DNA of 47,469 nt from Candidatus Buchananbacteria bacterium (GTDB lineage Bacteria; Patescibacteriota; Patescibacteriia; Buchananbacterales; UBA6539). Position 1 is the stretch's first letter, and every line of letters starts with the position of its first letter. Location of the stretch: contig JABWCG010000002.1 of assembly GCA_013359225.1 (NCBI GenBank), forward strand, positions 1-47,469, read 5' to 3'. The notes beneath the pieces were generated by a model. The model worked only from the letters and a program-made list of their open reading frames with translations. It had not been told where the DNA came from and searched no databases. Below, piece after piece: positions 42,267 through 47,469 of the stretch. The translations under genes and the position numbers were made by a program.

Positions 42267-42522
42267 AAATTATAGCTGGGCAGTCTTTCCCTTGGTTTGC
42301 TGGATAAACATTAACCAAGCAAAAGCTTACTGGGTGATAAAGGCATCCAGGAAATAATGTGGCCAGAGACTAAGTCCGTGGGTAGCCTGGTGACTTGCCC
42401 CACGGCATTTCCTCTGTCCATATTGCTAATTAAATCAGCTATGATAATCAATCAATCATGTCTTTCCTTAATTAGGAAAGGGAAGTCACCTAATTTAAGG
42501 TATTGATAAAAGTAATAATGTT

Positions 42523-42780
42523 ATGAATCTTGATTTTCATGCGAGTGAAACTGGGAAGCAGTATGGTAAAAGTACGACCAAACTTTTTCAGGTAAAATTA
42601 AAACCAGAGGAGTATGACATGATTGATAGTTTTATCAAGGAACAAGGCATAACAAAGCGTAATTATATGGTTCGTTCGTTTGCCGTCGTGAAGAAAATAA
42701 TTAAGCAAAAGTTCATTAAGCAGGCCAGCCAACAATTTGCTGATTATGGTAATAAATATTTGAAAAAGAAGGGACGATAA
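42523..42780 (+). CDS. Small RHH-like (MobC/CopG-style) protein
   Basis: FQVKLKPEEYDMIDSFIKEQGITKRNYMVRSF fits the beta-strand/helix/helix pattern of mobilisation-accessory RHH proteins. Confidence 0.4.
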   Translation: MNLDFHASETGKQYGKSTTKLFQVKLKPEEYDMIDSFIKEQGITKRNYMVRSFAVVKKIIKQKFIKQASQQFADYGNKYLKKKGR

Positions 42781-42802
42781 TAACTTTAAAAACTTTAAGG
42801 TA

Positions 42803-43363
42803 ATGAGTGACGTTTCAAATGAAAATTTTAAGATGTCATCAGGTGGCCGACCGACTACGGATGAAAGCGAAGAGCATTTTGCCAGAGCTTTAATTTTGTA
42901 CCTGCATGGGTTGAGGAGTGGGAGCGAGATAGGAAGGCGGTTACACATAAGCCCACAGGCTGGTTGTAACTTGTTGAAGAAAGTGCGTGAACACCTTAAT
43001 GAACAACTTCTTGCCAAGGAGAAAACAGCAGCAGATTTTGAATTTCAGAGGGTTCAGGCGATTGAAATGGCAAATGACTTACTGTGTGAGGCGTGGAATA
43101 TTTTTTCTTTAGGTAGTTTATCGGTCAGGATTCAGGCATTAAATATTATTCTGTCAGTACAAAAATATATTGCCGAGTTGTCTGGTGCAATGGTTGGTGT
43201 TGCTACCAGGAACATCATCGCTCAGAAATATGGCGAAGACTGGGTTAAGGAGTTGGTCTCTCGTAACAAGTATGCAGGCATGAGCACGGCAGAGTTACAA
43301 AGTCGACTTGATTACCTCCATCAGGAAATTGAAAAACAAGAACAAGAAAAGTTGAAGAAGTAG
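42803..43363 (+). CDS. HTH protein with a coiled-coil tail (small-terminase/excisionase-like or regulator)
   Basis: GGRPTTDE...GSEIGRRLHISPQAGCNLLKKV HTH, followed by a helical, coiled C-terminus. Confidence 0.4.
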   Translation: MSDVSNENFKMSSGGRPTTDESEEHFARALILYLHGLRSGSEIGRRLHISPQAGCNLLKKVREHLNEQLLAKEKTAADFEFQRVQAIEMANDLLCEAWNIFSLGSLSVRIQALNIILSVQKYIAELSGAMVGVATRNIIAQKYGEDWVKELVSRNKYAGMSTAELQSRLDYLHQEIEKQEQEKLKK

Positions 43364-43419
43364 TTCGGTTAGGATGCTGAGAGAGGTAAATTTAAGGTTG
43401 ATTTTTTAAGCAATTATGA

Positions 43420-43545
43420 CTAATATGGAGTTATAACTAAATATGCGCGCTAACACATTATGAAGCCCTCATCAGGCTGTGTTAGCGCGCAGACAGACTT
43501 CGGTCTGTTAAAACTGGTGAGGGCCTTATAGTCCCTCCATATTAG
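43420..43545 (+). other. Compact nested inverted-repeat/pseudoknot element (RNA or DNA site), function unknown
   Basis: Outer 11-bp pair 43420-43430/43535-43545. 13-14-bp perfect stem 43445-43457/43478-43490. UUCG-capped hairpin 43493-43508. Loop 43465-43475 pairs with 43514-43524. Confidence 0.6.
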
Positions 43546-43554
43546 GGGAATTTT

Positions 43555-44118
43555 ATGAAAAAATGCCAATTTTGCGCCGAGGAAATCCAGGACGAGGCAA
43601 TCGTCTGCAAACATTGCGGCAAGGAACTTAAAAAGAACACTACGCCATCGGCAAAAAAGAAATCAAGCCTTGGTTCTTGGAAAAGCTGGGCATTTATCGT
43701 CGGTTCAATTTTTATCATAGCTATATTTATTAACCAAGGAATCGAAAAGAATACGGATGAAATTGCGAACGGTAAGTATCAGAACACTGGCCAGAATCAG
43801 CAACCAAAAATGGTTCGTGAAACTGGTGCAGAAGCATTCCTTAGGCTTCCTGACAACCCAGACCCTAACCAGGCAATAATGTTGACCAAAAATAAGGAAG
43901 ATTACAGTCAGGTTTTTAAGGCTCTTGATGCTCAAGATTATTTAGGCTTGCTTGAAATTCCAGGGGCGTTCGCTGTACACAACGGTTCACGGGCTAAAGT
44001 TATTGAAACTTCCGTCACTATGGTTAAGGTCAGAATTATGGCAGGGGTATTGGATGTTGATAATGATAAAGTTGGCATGGCTGGCTGGCTTCCGACTGAA
44101 TGGGTAGTCGACCGATAA
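43555..44118 (+). CDS. Zinc-ribbon, single-TM protein with an extracytoplasmic C-terminal domain
   Basis: [20 protein letters not shown] zinc ribbon and the TM segment [15 protein letters not shown]. Confidence 0.55.
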   Translation: MKKCQFCAEEIQDEAIVCKHCGKELKKNTTPSAKKKSSLGSWKSWAFIVGSIFIIAIFINQGIEKNTDEIANGKYQNTGQNQQPKMVRETGAEAFLRLPDNPDPNQAIMLTKNKEDYSQVFKALDAQDYLGLLEIPGAFAVHNGSRAKVIETSVTMVKVRIMAGVLDVDNDKVGMAGWLPTEWVVDR

Positions 44119-44138
44119 ATATTTTTTATAGGAAAGTG

Positions 44139-45767
44139 ATGGCAGACGATAGTCGAGCAATAAAATATTTCATCTATGCGCGCAAGTCTACGGAATCGGA
44201 GGACAGGCAAGTCTTGTCGTTAGCTTCACAAATTGATGCCTTAGAGGAAATTGCAAAGAGGGATGGGTTGCATGTCGTTGGCAAGATGTCTGAATCAAAA
44301 TCAGCTAAGCAACCTGGTCGTGAAGTTTATGGCGACATGATAAACAAGATTAAGCAGGATAAAGCCCAGGGTATCCTCTGTTGGAAATTGGATAGGCTTG
44401 CAAGAAACCCGATTGACGGCGGTGAAATAGCTTGGCTTATACAGCAGGGAATAATTAAGCATATAAAAACACCCAGTAAGGATTATTTCCCAACCGACAA
44501 TGTCATGTTGATGAGCGTCGAGTTCGGCATGGCCAACCAATTCATCATTGATTTGAAAGCAAATACCAAACGCGGGCTGATGGCGAAAGTTAAAAGTGGT
44601 TGGTGTCCCTGCGTTTCGAAGCCTGGCTATATGGGTGATAGGTTTAGTTCGAAAGGCGAAAAGAAAATCATGTCTGACCCTGAACGTTTCCCGTTATTGG
44701 AGAAAGCTTTCGATTTGATGCTGTCAGGGACATGTAGCCCGCCACAAATTTTAGAAAAACTGAATAACGAATGGGGCTACAGGACACCAATCAAGAAACG
44801 GGTGGGCGGTAAACCGTTGAGCAAGAGTTCGATTTATCGGATTTTAACTGACCCGTTTTATTATGGAAAATTTGAATATCCAATGGGCAGCGGCAATTGG
44901 TACGACGGCAAGCACGAGACGATGATTACTGAAGGGGAATATTGGAGAATCCAGGAGTTGCTTGGCCGTAAAGGTAAGCCACGGCCAAAGAAGCACAAGT
45001 TCGCTTTTACGGGGCAGATTAGGTGCGGAGAGTGCGGTTCGATGATTACCGCTGAGGAGAAATTCAAGATTAATAAGGGCAACGGCCTTATCCACCACTA
45101 CACTTATTACCGTTGCACTAAAAAGAAATTGAGTAGTTGTTCGCAAAAAACCATTTCAGTACATGAGTTGGAGAAACAAATTGACGAACATTTGCAGCGA
45201 GTATCAATACCAGAAGATTTTAAGGATTGGGCGGTCAAATGGCTGAAGGAAATCAACGGTAAGGAAATTGAGGATAGGACGGTGGTTTACAAGTCCCAGC
45301 AAGCCGCTTACAACGACGCACAGCGGCAGCTTGATAACTTGACCCAAATGAGGTTGAGGGAATTGTTAACTGACGAGGAATATCTCCAACAGAAAGACAA
45401 GCTCTTAAAGCAACGCGAACGGTTTGCCGAACGCTTGCGCGATACGGAGCAACGTGCCGACAGTTGGTGCGACCAAGTCGAGAAAACGTTTGAGTTCTCT
45501 TGCCACGCCCGTCATTGGTTTATGAATGGTGACTTAATTGCGAAGAAAGCTATCCTGGCTTCGTTAGGTTCGGACTTCACCCTCAAGGACAGGAAATTAA
45601 ACATAAATTTGCAGAAACCTTTTGAAATAATGGAAAAAGGTTTTGCTGACATGCGACTTAAGCAGGTTTGGTTAGAACCTGCAACAATAGGCTTATTTGA
45701 CAAAAAAAACACCTCCCCTGCGCGGGGAGATGTCTTCTGGGGTGGCATACGGGAATCGAACCCGTAA
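44139..45767 (+). CDS. Large serine recombinase (integrase)
   Basis: Resolvase domain YARKSTESEDRQVLSLASQ with LDRLARN, a recombinase domain, the zinc ribbon CGECGS...YYRCTKK and a coiled coil. The last 30 nt overlap tRNA-His on the opposite strand. Confidence 0.9.
   Translation: MADDSRAIKYFIYARKSTESEDRQVLSLASQIDALEEIAKRDGLHVVGKMSESKSAKQPGREVYGDMINKIKQDKAQGILCWKLDRLARNPIDGGEIAWLIQQGIIKHIKTPSKDYFPTDNVMLMSVEFGMANQFIIDLKANTKRGLMAKVKSGWCPCVSKPGYMGDRFSSKGEKKIMSDPERFPLLEKAFDLMLSGTCSPPQILEKLNNEWGYRTPIKKRVGGKPLSKSSIYRILTDPFYYGKFEYPMGSGNWYDGKHETMITEGEYWRIQELLGRKGKPRPKKHKFAFTGQIRCGECGSMITAEEKFKINKGNGLIHHYTYYRCTKKKLSSCSQKTISVHELEKQIDEHLQRVSIPEDFKDWAVKWLKEINGKEIEDRTVVYKSQQAAYNDAQRQLDNLTQMRLRELLTDEEYLQQKDKLLKQRERFAERLRDTEQRADSWCDQVEKTFEFSCHARHWFMNGDLIAKKAILASLGSDFTLKDRKLNINLQKPFEIMEKGFADMRLKQVWLEPATIGLFDKKNTSPARGDVFWGGIRESNP
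45701..45729 (-). terminator. Intrinsic terminator of the tRNA His-Arg-Arg cluster
   Basis: On the minus strand, CTCCCC-GCGCA-GGGGAG followed by GTGTTTTTTTT. It lies inside the 3' end of the recombinase ORF. Confidence 0.65.
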
Positions 45768-45813
45768 TGCGAGTGCCACAAACTCGCGTGATAACCGTTT
45801 CACCAATGCCACC
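45738..45813 (-). tRNA. tRNA-His (anticodon GUG) with genome-encoded G-1
   Basis: Anticodon loop TTGTGGC between CGAGT/ACTCG. The extra 5' G lies opposite discriminator C73. CCA encoded. Confidence 0.9.
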
Positions 45814-45829
45814 ATGTTGATTGTTAATC

Positions 45830-45901
45830 CGCCCCCAGTAGGAATCGAACCTACATCTTAGGCTCCGGAAGCCCACATTCTATCCGTTGAACTATAGGGG
45901 C
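45830..45901 (-). tRNA. tRNA-Arg (anticodon CCG)
   Basis: Anticodon loop TTCCGGA between TGGGC/GCCTA. T-arm GTAGGTTCGATTCCTAC. No encoded CCA. Confidence 0.85.
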
Positions 45902-45928
45902 TCAATTACGTTTACTTGAAGCGAAGAT

Positions 45929-46005
45929 TGGCGTCCCAGGAAGGACTCGAACCTTCAACCTACAGCTTAGAAGGCTGTTGCTCTATCCGGTTGAGCTACT
46001 GGGAC
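45929..46005 (-). tRNA. tRNA-Arg (anticodon UCU)
   Basis: Anticodon loop CTTCTAA between ACAGC/GCTGT. CCA encoded. Confidence 0.9.
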
Positions 46006-46057
46006 TCGAGACTAGAACAAAATGAGTCTAGCAAAAAAATGACTGAAAGTCAATCGT

Positions 46058-46972
46058 CTATTTTTTCTTTTTTCGCTGGTGGAACGATTTGTACACCTCT
46101 TTAAGCTGTTGATTAGTGATATGAGTGTAAATTTGGGTGGTGGTGATTGATGAGTGTCCGAGCATTGCCTGGACCGACCGAATATCGGCGCCATTGATTA
46201 GCAAGTCAGTGGCAAAACTGTGGCGCATCGTGTGTGGCGTGACGTTTTTAGTGATGCCGGCCGCCTTGGAATATTTTTTAATCAGGCGTTGAATGCTTCG
46301 GGGAGTTAAATTTTCTGGCTGCTCTTTGCCTTTAGCCCGGTCATGTCGGACAAACAAGCTGTCGGCCAAATCTTTGCGGGCGTCTAGGTATTGTTTGAGC
46401 CAGTATTTGGTTTGGTTTGAAAGAAACACTACTCGTAGCTTGAGGCCTTTACCGCGGATGGTAAATTCATCTTTTTGTAAGTTGATTTGATCGCGTTTTA
46501 GTTTAGCCATTTCGGAAACCCGCAAGCCAGTTGAAAAAAGCATTTCCAAAATTGCTTTGTCGCGAAGCTGGATAATTTTTGCTTCAGTCGTTTTGAGCGG
46601 CGCCTCCAATAGTCGTTCTAGGTCGTCGCCTTCCAGAAAGTCAACCTGACGCTCTGGCATTTTAGCCAGTTCAATTTTTTCCGGTGCCAGTGAGGCGATA
46701 TCGCGCTTGGCAAGGTATTTCAAAAATGACCGCAGCGCGATTAAATGATAATTCTGAGTTGATTTTTTTAGATTTTCGCCGTAGTGATCAACTTCGCGAT
46801 TTAGCCAGAGCCGGTAGCGGCGAATTAGCTCTATGTCAATTTGAGCAGGGGATTTAATCTTGGCCCAATCGACAAAGCGCCGGAGGTAGAAATCATAATT
46901 TCGAACCGTGTTGATACTACGGCCTTTCTCGATTTCTAAGTATTCTAAAAATTCTTGGATCAGTTTAAGCAT
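46058..46972 (-). CDS. XerC/XerD-type tyrosine recombinase with canonical active site
   Basis: Box I STGLRVSEM, box II TPHTMRHSFATDL, and LGHSSITTTQIYTHI with the catalytic Tyr. Confidence 0.9.
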   Translation of the reverse strand: MLKLIQEFLEYLEIEKGRSINTVRNYDFYLRRFVDWAKIKSPAQIDIELIRRYRLWLNREVDHYGENLKKSTQNYHLIALRSFLKYLAKRDIASLAPEKIELAKMPERQVDFLEGDDLERLLEAPLKTTEAKIIQLRDKAILEMLFSTGLRVSEMAKLKRDQINLQKDEFTIRGKGLKLRVVFLSNQTKYWLKQYLDARKDLADSLFVRHDRAKGKEQPENLTPRSIQRLIKKYSKAAGITKNVTPHTMRHSFATDLLINGADIRSVQAMLGHSSITTTQIYTHITNQQLKEVYKSFHQRKKKK

Positions 46973-47142
46973 GGTTATATTTTACGACACTTCATCAGTT
47001 TTGCCAATGATTACAGGCTGTCGGTTGACAATGGTCAATAATTATGATATTGTTGAGGTGATTTATAACTAATTGACGCTATCTCGGTTTTGCCAAAATT
47101 TTGACAAAACTTGGATATATCGTCACCGAAAGGGCCAAGCTA

Positions 47143-47469
47143 ATGTTAGATAAAAGAAAAAAAGAGCGGATCATTGCTAAGTATAAAACCCATGACAGTG
47201 ATACCGGTTCTTCACAGGTGCAAATCGCTATTTTGACTGAAGAGATCAAAGAGCTGACCAAGCACTTAAAAGATCACAAAAAAGATTTTTCCTCACGCAG
47301 AGGATTGTTAAAGAAAGTGGCTGAAAGACGGCGACTTTTGAATTATTTACGGCGCGAAGATCAGGCTGCACATGAGCAGATCGTTAAAGATTTGAAACTT
47401 AAAGTGGTTAAAATTGAAGAAGAAGAGCAGAAAGCGGCGTTGGCAGAGGAAGATTTTGGCGACACCGTT
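47143..47469 (+). CDS. rpsO: 30S ribosomal protein S15, 3'-partial, with a C-terminal acidic extension
   Basis: [40 protein letters not shown] matches uS15. There is no stop before the window end, which explains its absence from the ORF track. Confidence 0.85.
   Translation, partial: MLDKRKKERIIAKYKTHDSDTGSSQVQIAILTEEIKELTKHLKDHKKDFSSRRGLLKKVAERRRLLNYLRREDQAAHEQIVKDLKLKVVKIEEEEQKAALAEEDFGDTV

Larger units (their letters stand above)
38531..45737 (+). mobile_element. Accessory/integrative block ending at the tRNA-His 3' end (left boundary uncertain, possibly composite)
   Basis: An uninterrupted plus-strand block between minus-strand core genes. It has two recombinase genes, RHH/HTH small proteins and orphan ORFs. 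A serine recombinase lies at the tRNA-proximal end. Confidence 0.45.

Noticed and set aside
42598-43017. A 139-aa minus-strand ORF in the accessory block.
   Set aside because: It overlaps two plus-strand ORFs and their intergenic spacer, has no upstream signals and has a Leu/Ser-rich antisense-type composition. It cannot be fully excluded without expression data.
43462-43478. A CUGAUGAG string on the minus strand of the structured element, reminiscent of the hammerhead ribozyme core.
   Set aside because: - In the hand-drawn fold these nucleotides are fully base-paired with 43514-43524.
- No adjacent stem II hairpin, GAAA box or NUH cleavage-site arrangement fits a hammerhead on either strand.
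45512-45876. Two minus-strand track ORFs (45512-45781 and 45658-45876).
   Set aside because: They read through tRNA-His and tRNA-Arg genes and the terminator, and are antisense to the recombinase 3' end.

Overview
This is a 47.5-kb window from a low-GC, gene-dense bacterium that reads cleanly with the standard genetic code. A Patescibacteria/CPR-like origin is my inference only. It rests on small genes, a truncated GlmU, a T4SS-pilin-like peptide, tRNA-Ile(UAU) and a lone purM.

Layout:
- 1-552: the 3' end of 23S rRNA, 5S rRNA and a terminator.
- 554-852: a GC-rich, ORF-free structured segment.
- 915-3973: a sugar-nucleotide and phosphatase neighbourhood.
- 4139-11166: a tightly packed same-strand operon (TrmB, GlmS, GNA1-type acetyltransferase, Tdh, Kbl, IMPase-family, GlmU uridyltransferase domain only).
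- 11278-14849: two unusual GT-A fold proteins and an EndoQ-like PHP nuclease.
- 14910-19350: an unannotated lysine-rich 47-aa ORF, a tRNA cluster and housekeeping genes (rplS, gmk, rluD-like, cca).
- 19377-20930: a GC-rich lone purM abutting a tRNA.
- 20954-21280: tRNA-Val and a tRNA-Ile(UAU) nested between fragments of a second tRNA copy.
- 21315-26777: a DHH phosphoesterase, valS, tyrS and a CheY-like receiver.
- 27550-38315: envelope genes (GT4, MFS, a secreted Fn3 protein, a MacAB-like ABC efflux set, lipoproteins, a pilin-like peptide, TerC).
- 38.5-45.7 kb: a plus-strand accessory block carrying orphan genes, a tyrosine-recombinase homologue with a degenerate active site, small RHH/HTH proteins, a compact pseudoknotted inverted-repeat element and a large serine recombinase. 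The recombinase ORF runs through the tRNA-His terminator and into tRNA-His.
- 45738-47469: tRNA-His, two tRNA-Arg, a canonical XerC/D gene and a 3'-partial rpsO.

I found no CRISPR array and no IS transposase.

The most interesting items are the accessory block with its structured element, the nested tRNA-Ile(UAU) locus, the GNA1-route hexosamine operon and the mosaic of GC-rich islands. All homology calls come from motif recognition by eye. No database search was run.
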